Positions 12,737 through 26,090 are shown, numbered from the stretch's first letter. The stretch: DNA of 64,000 nt from Takakia lepidozioides (GCA_030704615.1 CM060734.1:16554001-16618000), one strand, 5' to 3'. Made by a program: numbers and translations. Notes: generated by a model not told the origin, from the sequence alone.

Positions 12737-13486
12737 CTATGCTATCAACTGCCAGACTTCTCTCAAAGTGCCTCGCTCTGCATGGTGGTAAGGTGTAGGA
12801 GGTATATCTATGTCCAGAAACCTGCCACTAACCTTGTCCCAAGCTACAGTAGCTCGCTCTAACCAACCCTCCTCCTCTTTCTGCCAGGTAGAGACAAAGC
12901 AACACTCTGCTATCTCCCGCTCACTGAACACTAAAGAAAACAAAGGTAGGGTCTGATAGTCTCTCAACTCGAAAGCTTTGAGACGGTTGCGGGTGTCCTC
13001 ATTGCGAATGACTGCATCTCCTTCAAACAGAACAAACTTGTCCTCGCTAATGAACCCCCGCTCGTGGTTGCCTTGTGCAGAGCGTGTCCGGCTGCAACGC
13101 TGTCTGATTGCACAAACTTGTGTAGCTCCTGCTCCTCTGCTCCAGTACACCACAGCCTTGTGGCTGAACACCTTGGTCCCCGAGGCTGTCTTTGGCTGTG
13201 TTCCAAGCCTAGCTTTCACCCACTTTGGTATTTCACTTACAGCTGCAGAACTGCTGGCTCCAACAGAGTTCTGACTGTCCAAAGCGATATTGAGGCCCTC
13301 AACGCCAACTACAGTAGTCTGTTGTCTACTGCTAATGCCTGACTCCCAGTATGCAATCAACTCGTCCAACTGTTCTCCACTCAAATCAGTCTGAGTTCCT
13401 TGGGAAACATAAATCCTGTCCCCTTGTGTGCACAGGCTAAGAGAAGAGACCTGCCCTTCAATTACGTCCTCATCCCCCCCAGCCAT
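12737..13486 (-). CDS. Extra ORF upstream of gag, 249 aa, unknown function
   Basis: Uninterrupted ATG-started ORF on the same strand as gag, with a globular-looking C-terminal half. No family recognised. Confidence 0.5.
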   Translation of the reverse strand: MAGGDEDVIEGQVSSLSLCTQGDRIYVSQGTQTDLSGEQLDELIAYWESGISSRQQTTVVGVEGLNIALDSQNSVGASSSAAVSEIPKWVKARLGTQPKTASGTKVFSHKAVVYWSRGAGATQVCAIRQRCSRTRSAQGNHERGFISEDKFVLFEGDAVIRNEDTRNRLKAFELRDYQTLPLFSLVFSEREIAECCFVSTWQKEEEGWLERATVAWDKVSGRFLDIDIPPTPYHHAERGTLREVWQLIA

Positions 13487-13972
13487 ACAAGGAGTAGATC
13501 CCCAGATTTATCTCTCATGTAGACCAGAACAGGTTCTAGAAACAGGATTGTGGATCTTTCATGGCACACTCACTCTCTAAAAATTCCATAGATTTTTAGC
13601 AGAGTCCCAAAAACAAAAACCAGGTCTAGATAGGTAGATTTCCCCTTTCTGCAGCTATCCCCTCAAAAACTGTGTCAAACGGAGTTCATTTGCCAAAGAT
13701 ATGACCAATTAGGCTCTAAATCCTTTAACTTAGATCAAAAGGGGTTTTTTTCTTTTTTTCTTTTCAAATTTAAAAATTCAAAGGAAGGTGAGAAGCTCTT
13801 TGGAAACTTCCCCTATCCTTACATGCTTTTCCACCTGGGTCATGCTTTCTCCCTGCATGGGGTGGAATTTGCATATGCTTATCAGCGTTGGAGAGGGCGG
13901 CAAGAGCGGACGTACTGATTGCGGGCGTACAGAGCTGAAGGATGGGCTTTAGGGGCTATGGCGGCTGTCTCA

Positions 13973-14235
<263 letters not shown>

Positions 14236-14300
14236 GTGAGAAGGATGTATCTTTTGTGCTCGTTGCATTTCGTGTCCAATTACTCCATCTACGTTGAGGA

Positions 14301-14651
14301 TCAAAGAGAAAGCAACGACACCTGCTCGTCAAGCGAGCACTCAACACAGCACGAAGTGCGGCATCGAGCTGGAATGAGCACAAGGCCCAGGCTACGCTGT
14401 TCCATAGGCGGGGGTTCCTTCATCACCGATGCAGAGGGACCAGGAATTTGCCTGAACTCCAGAGTGTCATACAAAATTATGTTCCCTTGTTTGTCCAGAC
14501 AATGAAATTTCTCCACAAACACTCGTCCGTCCTCTACTCCCACACGCAGCCTGCGATACAGAAGCTTCCGCGCCCGCTTCACAATGGGCTTCACCGTCTC
14601 CACTCCCTACTCCTCCTGCTTCTCTTCTCCACCTTCTTCTGCTGCAGCCGT
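14301..14651 (-). pseudogene. NAA38: Captured LSm-domain NatC auxiliary subunit (NAA38/MAK31-like)
   Basis: RKLLYRRLRVGVEDGRVF..FHCLDKQGNIILYDTLEFR..EQRSLGLVLIPARCRTSCCVECSLDEQVSLLSL. The upstream part has an ACG in place of the likely ATG and an in-frame TAG. Confidence 0.82.
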
Positions 14652-14690
14652 CCACTTCGTTGGAGTAGGATCCCCTCCTCGGGTCGAAGG

Positions 14691-15253
<563 letters not shown>

Positions 15254-15534
15254 TCACCGAAGTTGCGCATGAGGAAAATCGCTCCTGCAAAAAGCGCCTC
15301 TGCTCGCAACAACCTCAAGTGTGCAGCCAGCTTCTCCTCATCTCCGCTGCCCACTGCTTCTTCAATTTCGGAAAGGCAGTCGCAGCCATGCTTGCTGGAT
15401 TGCACCGACTCCCTCTTCGTCTATCCTCTTTGTTTATTGCTGCTACTTGACCCCATTCTCAGATATAGCCACATGTTGACAAAAATTGCAGCAACATCTC
15501 AAGCCTCCTGTTCTGCTCCCCGTGACCAAGCTAT

Positions 15535-15989
15535 ATTATAATAGTGCTTAAGAACAAAAACATCATATCTAGCTTAGCACTGGAAAACTAGATAGAGGTC
15601 ATCTCTCTCGAGTGATAAGAAAACTAGAAAACACACTGCTCACACCAGAAACAACATGAATCCATCGCTATCACTCTTTAAAACAGAAGTCGAGCCAGGG
15701 GCACCCCAAGCTATGGGGACTCACCCCACAACAACCTACACTCCCATCATAAGCACACTCAAATCTAAACGCATGAAGGAGCTCGGTCGCGCAGGCTCAA
15801 CTCGAGAGAGATGAGCTGCGCGACTGCCGCTCTCGTGAAGATAAGACGGGTCAGATGTCAAACTAAACTTGACACCTGATTTAACACTTGACCTAAATCC
15901 AAGTGTTAAATACAAATAACTAGCTTTATTCTAGCTAGTTTCACACTGTGCTTATTTAACTTGACAAGGAACTTACATTGTAAGTAACA
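15535..15989 (-). repeat. Putative 5' LTR of the DNMT-carrying Gypsy
   Basis: Non-coding; begins TG on the minus strand exactly where foreign RNase H sequence stops. A TGG-starting possible PBS lies near 15528. The inner boundary is uncertain and the partner LTR is outside the window. Confidence 0.45.
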
Positions 15990-16250
15990 ACTACACCTGT
16001 GCTGATTAACCCCCACTGGCATGTAGTGTTTCATGTTCACTGTGATGCCTCAGGAGAAGCATTGGGAGCAGTATTAGCCCAAAATGTTACAGGAAACATA
16101 GATTCACCTATGTATTATGCTAGCACGTTGATGAACAGTGCTGAGAGGAACTATAGCACAACTGAAAGAGAAGCATTGGCAATGATTTATGCAGTCAAGA
16201 GATTCAAGCATTACCTATTGGGAAGTGCAGATGATTGGTTAGATTGGCAG
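15990..16250 (+). pseudogene. RNase H fragment of an older non-chromovirus Gypsy (element C)
   Basis: FHVHCDASGEALGAVLAQ..YYAS..AERNYSTTEREALAMIYAVKRFKHYLLG, followed by an internal deletion to DWQ. The frame resumes as WPIRYYL after the MULE at 24841. Confidence 0.9.
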
Positions 16251-16470
16251 GGGGGCTGCTATTTCATGAGCGGCATGAGCATGAGCGGAAAAAAAAAAAG
16301 CATGACAGACCACTATGAGTCCACGGAAATAGGGTTAGGAGGCACGGAAATAGGGTCATGTGAAGTTGAAATGTGACACCAGTGGACTTGAAATGCAACA
16401 TTTTATTGCAAATTTTGTGGCAAGCCACGTCTATACAAGTGTGTTCTAACTGTCATAGCCGGAATGGGCA

Positions 16471-16915
16471 CTACTCTCCTACACCCTCCGAGGAACTTGC
16501 CCCACCTTCTTCCTCATCCCCCTCATCCCCCTCATCCTCCGAGCTCTGTGATGCATCGGTTCCATTATGCCTCTCAAAAATCTCATCCTCTTGGGGGACT
16601 GTCCACCTCACCTCTTGGAAATCTTCTGCATCTTCTCCCCCACTTTCCTCAGCTGAATCCAAGACAAATCTACGAGCCTGACGGGCTCTAATAGCCGCTG
16701 CCTCCTCCTTCATCTTCATTTTCTTGAGGTTTGCCTCGTCTAAAATCTGCTGTACACGACTAGGTTCGGAACACCTTCTAATGGACACTGAAGCAAGCCG
16801 GGCAACATAAGTAGGAAGGATGTAGTCCCTTTCTGGACTAGGCATGAAATCCCCCCTGGCAAAAAAATGCACGTTCCTCCTGCCCATGAACTGCGGTGTA
16901 GACGTCCCTCCTACA
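16471..16915 (-). pseudogene. Relic last exon of the MULE accessory (ParB-MTase) gene
   Basis: RRNVHFFARGDFMPSPERDYILPTY..EVRWTVPQ aligns with RKNVPFFARADFMTSPVRDYSLPSY..EVRWTVPQ at 33217-33690 and 43354-43822. Confidence 0.75.
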
Positions 16916-17059
16916 GTAAGAACAAATCCACTTGAAGAATGTCAATACCAGCAGAAGCAGAAACGGTCTTTCAATGAAATAAAAGAGCGAGGGGAGGTGC
17001 CTCACAAAACCAGGAGGCAACTTACAATGCGACCACTCACTCGTAAACCATTTTCGCCA

Positions 17060-18523
17060 CCATTTTCCTAGGTTGGGCCCGAAAATGGCTAAGTCCCAGA
17101 ACTAACTGGGCACGGAACTAGAAAAATGGCGTCGAATTTCCGGTTGCGGTTTCAGCCACCCTAGGGACTTAGCCATTTTCGGGGCCCTGAACTCGAAAAA
17201 TGGCGCCATTTTTCCATTTTGGGGCTGAAAATGGCTAAGTCCCAGATCTGACTGGGCCCGGAACTGGAAAAATGGCGCTGAATTTCCGATTTTGCTGCCA
17301 ACCACCCTAGGGACTTAGCCATTTTCGGCATTTTTGCAGTTCGGGGCCAAAAATGGCTAAGTCCCAGATCTGACAGGGCGCGGAACTGAAAAAATGGCGC
17401 CGAATTTCCAGTTGCGGTTCCAGCCACCCTAGGGACTTAGCCATTTTCGGGGCTTTGAACTGGAAAAATGGCGCCATTTTTCCATTTCGGGGCTGAAAAT
17501 GGCTAAGTCCCAGATCTGACTAGGCCTGGAACTGGAAAAATGGCGCCGAATTTCCGATTTTGGTGCCAGTCAGATCTGGGACTTAGCCATTTTCGGCCCC
17601 GAACTGGAAAAATGGCGTTTTTTTTTTTTTTTTTTTGTCGGTGCCATTTTTCCAGTTTGGGGCCGAAAATGGCTAAGTCCCAGATCTGACTGGGCCCGGA
17701 ACTGGAAAAATGGCGCCGAATTTCCGATTTTGGTGCCACCCACCCTAGGGACTTAGCCATTTTTCCAGTTCGGGGCCGAAAATGGCTAAGTCCCAGATCT
17801 GATAGGGCGCGGAACTGGAAAAATGGTGCCGAATTTCCAGTTGCGGTTCCAGCCATCGTAAGGACTTAGCCATTTTCGGGGCCCTGAACTGGATAAATGG
17901 CGCCATTTTTCCATTTCGGGGCCGAAAATGGCTAAGTCCCAGATCTAACTGGGCCCAGAACTGGAAAAATGGCGCCGAATTTCCGATTTTGGGTACCAGT
18001 CAGATCTGGGACTTAGCCGTTTTCGGCCCCGAACTGGAAAAATATTTTTTTTTTTTTTTTCCGGTGCCATTTTTTCCTGTTCGGGGCCGAAAATGGCTAA
18101 GTCCCAGATCTGATTGGGCCCAGAACTGGAAAAATGGCGCCGAATTTCCGATTTTGGTGCCAGTCAGATCTGGGACTTAGCCGTTTTCGGCCCCGAACCT
18201 GGAAAAATGGCGTTTTTTTTTTTTTTTTTTTTTTTTTTTCCCAGTTCGGGGCCGAAAATGGCTAAGTCCCAGATCTGACTGGGCCTAGAACTGGAAAAAT
18301 GGCGCCGATTTTCCGATTTTGGTGCCAGTCAGATCTGGGACTTAGCCGTTTTCGGCCCCGAACTGGAAAAATAGCGTTTTTTTTTTTTCCAATTCGGGGC
18401 CGAAAATGGCTAAGTCTTAGATCTGACTGGGCCCAGAACTGGGAAAATGGCGCCGAATTTCCGATTTTGGTGCCAGTCAGATCTGGGACTTACCCGTTTT
18501 CGGCCCCGAACTAGAAAAATGGC

Positions 18524-18557
<34 letters not shown>

Positions 18558-19280
18558 CCCAGTTCGGGGCCGAAAATGGCTAAGTCCCAGATCTGACTGG
18601 GCCCAGAACTGGAAAAATGGCGCCGAATTTCCGATTTTGGTGCCAGTCAGATCTGGGACTTATCCGTTTTCGGCCCCGAACTGGAAATATGGCGTTTTTT
18701 TTTTTTTCTTTTTTTCCTAGTTCGGGGCCGAAAATGGCTAAGTCCCAGATCTGACTGGGCCCAGAACTGGAAAAATGGCGCCGAATTTTCGATTTTGGTG
18801 CCAGTCAGATCTGGGACTTAGCCGTTTTCGGCCCCGAACTAATAAAATGGCGTTTTTTTTTTTTTCCAGTTCGGGGCCGAAAATGGCTAAGTCCCAGATC
18901 TGACTGGGCCCAGAACTGGAAAAATGACGCCGAATTTCCGATTTTGGTGCCAGTCAGATCTGGGACTTAGCCGTTTTCGGCCCCGAACTATAAGAATGGC
19001 GTTTTTTTTTTTTTTTTTTTTTTTTTTTTTCCCCAGTTCAGGGCCGAAAATGGCTAAGTCCCAGATCTGACTGGGCCCAGAACTGGAAAAATGGCGCCGA
19101 ATTTCCGATTTTGGTGCCAGTCAGATCTGGGACTTAGCTGTTTTCGGCCCCGAACTGGAAAAATGGCGTTTTTTTTTTTTTTTGTTTTTTTCTTCGGCGC
19201 CATTTTTCCTGTTCGGGGCCGAAAATGGCTAAGTCCCAGATCTGACTGGCACCAAAATCGGAAATTCGGTGCCATTTTTC
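17060..19280. repeat. Foldback-type tandem array (~170-190-bp unit built from inverted subunits plus variable poly-T)
   Basis: Repeats of GGCCGAAAATGGCTAAGTCCCAGATCTGACTGG ... GGAAAAATGGCGCCGAATTTCC ... CCAGTCAGATCTGGGACTTAGCCGTTTTCGGCC, separated by (T)n. Confidence 0.95.
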
Positions 19281-19289
19281 CAGTCATGC

Positions 19290-20570
19290 AGGTAATTCGA
19301 AGAGCGGATGGATGGAAATCCGGCGCCGGATTTCCATCCTCTCCAGGTAAGTCGGCGCTGCAAATTTCTGTCATGTAGGCTACTTGTGAGCGGATGGATG
19401 GAAATCCGGCGCATGATTTCCATCCGCCAGGTACAAAATTTCCGTCATGCAGGTAATTCGGAGCGCGGATGGATGGAAATCCGGCGACGGATTTCCATCC
19501 TCCAGGTAAGTCGGCGCGCAAAATTTCCATCATGCAGGTAATTCGAAGAGCGGATGGATGAAAATCCGGCGCCGGATTTCCCTCCGCCAGCTAAGTCGGC
19601 GCGCAAAATTTCTGTCATGTAGCTAATTCGAAGAGCGGATGGATGGAAATCCGGCGCCGGATTTCCATCCGCCAGGTAGGTTGGCGCGCAAAATTTCCAT
19701 CATGCAGGTAATTTGGAGCGCGGATGGATGGAAATCCGGCGCCGGATTTCCATCCTCCAGGTAAGTCGGCGCTGCAAATTCGGTAGGGCGGCGCACCAAA
19801 TTTCTCTCACGCAGATAATTCGGAAGCGGATGGATGGAAATCTGGCATCGGATTTCCATCCGCGCAGGTAGGGTGGCGCGCCAAATTTCCCTCACGCAGG
19901 TAATTCGGAGGCGGATGGATGGAAATCCGGCGCCGGATTTCCATCCGCGCAGGTAGGGCGGCGCGCGAAATTTCCTTCAAGCAGGTAATTCGGAGGCGGA
20001 TGGATGGAGATCCGGTGCCGGATTTCCATCCGCAAGGTTGGTTGGAGAGCGGATGGATAGAGATCCGGCGCTGAATTTCCATCCTGCAGGTAACTCGAAT
20101 CGCGGATGGATGGAAATCCTGCGCCGAATTTCCATCCAGCAGGTAAGTCGGATCGCTGGCGTATGGATATTCGGCGCCGAATTTCCATCCTGCAGGTAAT
20201 TCGAATCCCGGATGGATTGAAATCCGGCGCCGAATTTCCATCCTGCAGGTAACTCAAATCGCGGATGGATGGAAATCCGGCGCCGAATTTCCATCCAGCA
20301 GGTAAGTCGGATCGCTGGCGTATGGATATTCGGCGCCAAATTTCCATCCCGCAGGTAATTCGAATCCCGGATGGATGGAAATCCGGCGCCGAATTTCCAT
20401 CCTGCAGGTAACTTGAATCGCGGATGGATGGAAATCCGGCGCCGAATTTCCATCCTGCAGGTAATTCGAATCCCGGATGGATGGAAATCCGGCGCCGAAT
20501 TTCCATCCAGCAGGTAAGTCGGATCGCTGGCGTATGGATATTCGGCGCCGAATTTCCATTCGCCAGTATT
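19290..20570. repeat. ~53-bp-period array of the palindrome GATGGAAAT(C/T)CGGCGCCG(G/A)ATTTCCATC
   Basis: Direct reading, e.g. motif starts 53 bp apart at 20221 and 20274. Confidence 0.93.
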
Positions 20571-20719
20571 TCGAAGCGCTGATTACCTTCTTGCAGGTAA
20601 TTCTGAGCGTGTCCGATTGATTTTTCGGAGAAAAACAAACCTAACTGTTTGTTTTGTGGCTGAAGTGCACTTGTAGACACGTTTTTCTTGGAATCCTTGA
20701 CTGCTAGAGGCAAATCGGA

Positions 20720-21800
20720 ACAGCCTCGGACGGAAATTCGGCGCCGTTTTTCCATTCTGGGAGGTTTTTACGACTTCCTTTGAGGGGGCCCCGATGGAAA
20801 TTCGGTGCCGAATTTCTATCCGGGGGATGGTCTCTGTCAGAGAGGTGCCGGCCTCTCCGCCGCTCTGTTGGATATTCGGTGCCGAATTTCCGTCCGGGGG
20901 TTGAAATATGACGGCCAGGTGCCGGCCTCTCCCCCCTCCCTGACTGCATTGGAACGGCCCCGGATGGAAATTCGGCGCCGTTTTTCCATCTGGGGAGGTT
21001 TTTATGTCGGCCAGTTTTCGGCCTAACCCCCCGACACGACTTCCTTTGGGGGGCCCGGATGGAAATTCGGCGCCGAATCTCCATATAGGGGATGCTCTCT
21101 GTCGAACACGTGCCGGCCTCTATGCCCGAGGCGACTTCATCCGAGCGTCCCCTGTTGGATATTCGGTGCCGAATTTCCGTCCGGGGGTTGAAATGTGACG
21201 GCCAGGTGCCGGCCTCTCCCCCCTCCCCGACTGCATCCGAACCGCCCCGGATGGAAATTCGGCGCCGTTTTTCCATCTGGGGATGTTTTTATGCCGGCCA
21301 GTTTTCGGCCTGACCCCCCGACACGACTTCCTTTGGGGGGGCCCGGATGGAAATTCGGCGCCGAATGTCCATCCAGGGGATGTTATCTGTCGCACACGCG
21401 CCGGCCTCTGCGCCCGAGGCGACTTCATCCGGGCTTCCCCTGTTGTATATTCGGTGCCGAATTTCCGTCCGGGGGTTGTAATGTGACGGCGGCCTTTCCC
21501 CCGAGCCGACTGCATCCGAAAGGCCTCGGATGGAAATTCGGCGCCGTTTTTCCATCCGCGGAGGTTTTTAGGTCGGCCAGTTTTCAGCCTGACCCCCCGA
21601 CAGGACTTCCTTTGGGTGGATCCGAATGGAAATTCGGCGCTGAATTTCCATCCGGGGGATGTTTTCTGTCGGACAGGTGCCGACATCTCTGCCCCAGACG
21701 ACTTCATCCGTGCGGCCCCTGTTGGGTATTGGGTGCCGAATTTCCATTCGGGTGTAGTAATGTGACGGCACGGTGCCGGCTTCTCCCCTTTAGCCGACAT
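20720..21800. repeat. Higher-order repeat (~290 bp, about 3.5 copies) with three GGAAATTCGG(C/T)GCCG motifs per unit
   Basis: Recurrent blocks ending in GTTTTTCCATC, AATTTCCGTCCGGGGG and CCTTTGGGGGG. Confidence 0.85.
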
Positions 21801-22138
21801 CATCCGGACGGCCCCCCACTTTCTGACTGCATACCGTTGGCAGTTATTTCGCAAAGACCAGGGGCCGCATTCCGGAGACAAGGTTCATTAACACTCTGAC
21901 TCTGGATTTTTGAGATAGTTGGCTCCTTGGATTTGGATCAGGCTTTGTCGCTCGGACAAATCGACACCGCATTCCTTCCCATCGCTGCATCCCCCTTCTA
22001 CCAGGGAGCTTCCCCGCACGCCATCCTGGCAGTCTTGTGTGCACATCTCTCATGGCGGAAAACCCGAGCGCTACAGTGTACTGCCCTCCTCACGAGCATA
22101 GAGCTTCATTTCCGTGCAGAGGGGACATCTGCCGGGTG

Positions 22139-24275
22139 ATGGAGAAATATCTGTGCGTTCGATACCACTTGAAACCGGGGTCGGTTTTTTTGGAGGAGGA
22201 AAGGAAGGACTCAAACGGCCTTGTTGTCGAGAGTATTGTTGTGCTCCACGATGATTTCGGCGATGGCAGGGAATGGCGAGTTCCACCATCGGACATCGTC
22301 ATATACAGGGCTGTTGGGGACTTCATTTGCCCGCCAAATGCACCTTCTATCCTGGCGCCTTCCACGAAACAATCCGCGAATCAGAGAGTGGCTACCTCAA
22401 AGAGATAAGTCCGCAATGAAGTAAATCCAGAGCCGAACCCATCCATGAAGACGAGCGAGAACCGGGTTGTTCACAACCTGTCCGACTCAGATGAGGTCAT
22501 GGAAGTTCCGAGGTCGTCCTGGAGATCAGGCAAGTCCTCAATGGACGCCAGTGGAGGAGGGAGTCATATTCCCAGCACGAGCACCGCAGTTCGATCTATT
22601 CTTGAAATTCTGCGAGGGCTTCACCTGGAGGGACACCGGTCGGAGCTGGCCGGGCTGGATTACAGCAAGTTCGCAATTAAATCGGTTACATGCCTTCCCG
22701 CCAACGTCGACGGTAATATCTTCTTTGAGTTCCCTCCTCGGGCGGACTACTCGAGGGCGTTTGGAATGTTGACAGATATGGATAGAAAACATGACGGTCA
22801 TCCTTGGTGCGTTACCAAAACCACCAGCATGAAGATGCTCGATGGTGTGCGGGTGCGCTACGTTGTTTGTGCGGGCGCGTTGCGGTGTTTCTCCCCAACT
22901 TGCTTCCACTTTAAATCCAGAGGTCACAGGAACGAGACCGATTGGACAGGCACAGCTCATCAACCATTTCGAGCTCAGGAGAAGGTTCCGAACTCCACAT
23001 TTAAGTGTGCACATTGCAAAGAACCACCACACTGCATGTCTGTTTGTAATGCCAAGCAGTTATATGTGTTGCACCGTTTCCCTGACCTCACCCGAGCTTG
23101 CATACACGTTGGTTCCCATTGTCACAAATTGGCGAGGGGGAACTCGTGGGAGGCTGCCCACGAAGCAGAGCAACTCGTTCAGGAGGAGGTTAAGTTGAGA
23201 CCGGGTGCCAAACCCAAACAGATACAGCTCCAAGCCGCCCATAAGATGGCATTGGCCAAAATTATGTCGGACGACGGCTCCGATAGAGTTCCTCTCGACG
23301 AGAAGGAAATGGAGGCATTGCTGGAGTCGGTGTCCATGTATGTTCACCGAATGTCCGAAACCACATTGTCTCATGCAAACAGAAAATTGGGCGTGGCTCG
23401 GATATGCACTCCATTCTGGAGGTGAAGCGACGATGTGGATATGACTACATTCATGGAAGTAGGTTTCCAGGACAAGGGACTGAGGCAGATCGTTGTTTCG
23501 TATTCAAAATGTCCACGTGTGGACTTGGCAGCGACGTCGAACTGGTCGACAGGATGACGAGTGGGGACTTGTCAAACAGTTGGGTCATGTTCGACCATAT
23601 CAAGCGAATTACAAATCACTAGTGGGTGACAATGGGTGCACATGTCTACGTCACCCACTGCAGGATGCTAATGACAATTGCTATTTGTGAGATGAAAGGA
23701 GAGGACACACAATCGGAGATGCTTCTTTGGCAGGGAATAAACGAACAGATGGCCAAGGCGGGATTGCCCCTTCCCAATTTCCGTGGTTTCATGGCAGACA
23801 ACGCACAAGCAAATTGGGCTGTCATCCGAAGGGTTTACGGGCAAGACCCCAATGTTCTCATGGAAGGCAAGGAGAGATCTTGTGGGTTCCATTTTTTGCA
23901 GAGCCTTTCGCAGTACACAACCAGGCTCGTGGCGCCAGATTTCAGAGAGGAGCACCGTTCCATGTGCCTTGCGTGGAAGCGCGCTCCCACCTTGGATGAT
24001 GCAGAGACACAGTTGCATGTATACGGGCTTGGTGGACATCGTCAGGTGCTTGTAAGGAAATCAGACGAGGGAGCAATGGTCAGTTGGCTAGCATGGTGGC
24101 ATTATCGTTTCCTCCAGTTCGGCGACTATATGCGGGAGGTGAGTTGCACAAATTCGCGTCCCGTTGAATATTATTCTTGGCCATATTTGTAACTTGCTTG
24201 TAACCTCAACATGTGCTTGTGCAGGAAATGTGTCTCGACTCCGACACCGACATGCCCACGACAAACATGGCCGAA
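22139..24275 (+). pseudogene. MULE transposase with GCM-like Zn DNA-binding domain (frameshifted, 3'-truncated)
   Basis: DGHPW..CAGALRCFSPTC..CAHC..C..GSHCH (GCM-like spacing); WVMFDH (D1), GFMADNAQAN (D2), CGFH (CxxH); GT-AG intron 24139-24224, then PTTNMAE (E). Confidence 0.82.
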
Positions 24276-24840
24276 AACTGGCTAAGTCCCAACATGCACT
24301 GGTACCGTGTCTGGAAAATGGCGCCGAATTTCTTTTTTTGGGCCGAAAACTGGCTAAGTCCCAACATGCACTGGTACAGTGTCTGGAAAAAATGGCGCCG
24401 AATTTCCCTATTTGCGCCAAAAGCTGGCTAAGTCCGAACATGCACTGGAAAAATGGCGCCGAATTACCTGTCATGAGGGGACCTATAGCCGCGGAATTCG
24501 GCACCATTTTTCGCCAGAGAGACCTATTACCGCGAAATACGTCGCCGTTTTTTCAGGTTACGGACCCTATTACCGTGAAATTCGGTGCCATATTTGCACA
24601 TGTCGCTGGGAATTGGCATGAGCGGAAGACGAAATATCATGAGCACAACTGTCAAAACTACAATTTTCCCTTCAAGGGGCCGAATAATATATTTGTTTTT
24701 CCTGACACATTGCATTATTAATTAATGTTTTTTATTGTTTTTTTATTTTCGAAATTTGTACTTCTGCTCATGAAAACCGATTGTCTTACTACTCCGCTCA
24801 TGCCGCTCATGCTCATGAAATAGCTAACCTCGATTGGCAG

Positions 24841-26090
24841 TGGCCAATCAGATACTACCTTACTCATAGTCAGTGCCCACCTAGTTATGGGAAGGAGCAG
24901 AGGAAGAGAATAGCTATCAAGGCTTTACCTTACACTATGATAGGGGGCAGAATGTATAAGCTAGGACCTGATGGAGTACTTAAACGATGCTTGTACCACC
25001 ATGAAGTAAATAAAGTTTTGGAGGAAGTTCATAAAGGAGTGGCTAGAGGTCATTTTGGAGAAGAGACTACAGTAGAAAATATACTACTTGCAGATTACTG
25101 GTGGCCTACTTTGTTCAAGGATGTACACAAGTATTGTAAGAGTTGTGATGAGTGTCAGAGGCTAGGACCATTGCAGAGATCTGGGAAGATGGCTTTGCAT
25201 CCTACGATGCCTACTGAACCATTTCAGAAATGGGACTAGATTTTGTTGGACCAATCAACCCACCAGCCAGAAATACACAGAACAAGTATATAATCACAGC
25301 CACTGATTATACTACAAAGTGGGTGGAAGCTAAAGCTCTGAGGGACAACACAGCTAAGTCCACAGCAAGGTTCCTGTATGAGAACATACTTACAAGATTT
25401 GGGCTGTCCCCTGGAATATATTAGTGACCAGGGAAGTCACTTCATTAATGAGACCATAGAACTATTGACTAAAGAGTTCATGATTGTGCATAGAAAGAGT
25501 ACAACCTATTACCCACAGGGTAATGGGCAGGCAGAAGCCACCAACAAAATACTATGTACTATCTTGGCTAAGATAGTCAATGCGAACAGAACAGATTGGG
25601 ATACAAAGCTGCTAACAGCTTTGTGGTCATACAAGACTTCATTTAAAGTCACCACTAAGTATACACCATTCCAATTAGTTTATGGTATGGAAGCTTTACT
25701 TCCAGTGGAATTCTTGTTACCTACCATTAGAATGAATGGGGAAGGAGAATGGAATTGGAAGATTCAATTAAGGTAGGAAACATGAATTATACCATGTGGA
25801 AGAAGTACGTGCTGATGCAGCGGATAACATGATCAGAATTCAGATGAAGAGGAAGGATCAGTTCGATGAAGGTAAATTAAAGACTTTTAAGACGGGAGAT
25901 TTGGTACTGTGGTTGCAGAAGAAGGGGAAGATTAAAGCTTCTAAGCTTAAATCACCATGGAAAGGACCTTATGTCATACAGAAGATGTATGATAATATCA
26001 CCGCCATGTTACAAACCATTAACAAAGAAATGTTGGGAAGAGTCAATGCCAATAAGTTGAAGGGATACAATGGTATCCATGACAAACCAT
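24841..26090 (+). pseudogene. Integrase of element C
   Basis: H-x6-GHF..YWWPTL..CDEC; GLDFVGP; ISDQGSHF; GNGQAEATNK; WKGPY. Frameshifted. Confidence 0.92.

Larger units (their letters stand above)
16251..24831 (+). mobile_element. Mutator-like (MULE) DNA transposon, deletion derivative (MULE-1)
   Basis: Perfect 9-bp TSD GATTGGCAG (16242-16250 and 24832-24840). Imperfect TIRs GGGGGCTGCTATTTCATGAGC / GCTCATGAAATAGCTAACCTC. Contains a DDE transposase with CxxH. Confidence 0.9.

Noticed and set aside
17100-21900. Many ORFs in the MULE-1 arrays (e.g. MEIRRRISIH..., WKFGAGFPS...)
   Set aside because: They are translations of tandem palindromic repeats on both strands, with no domain content.
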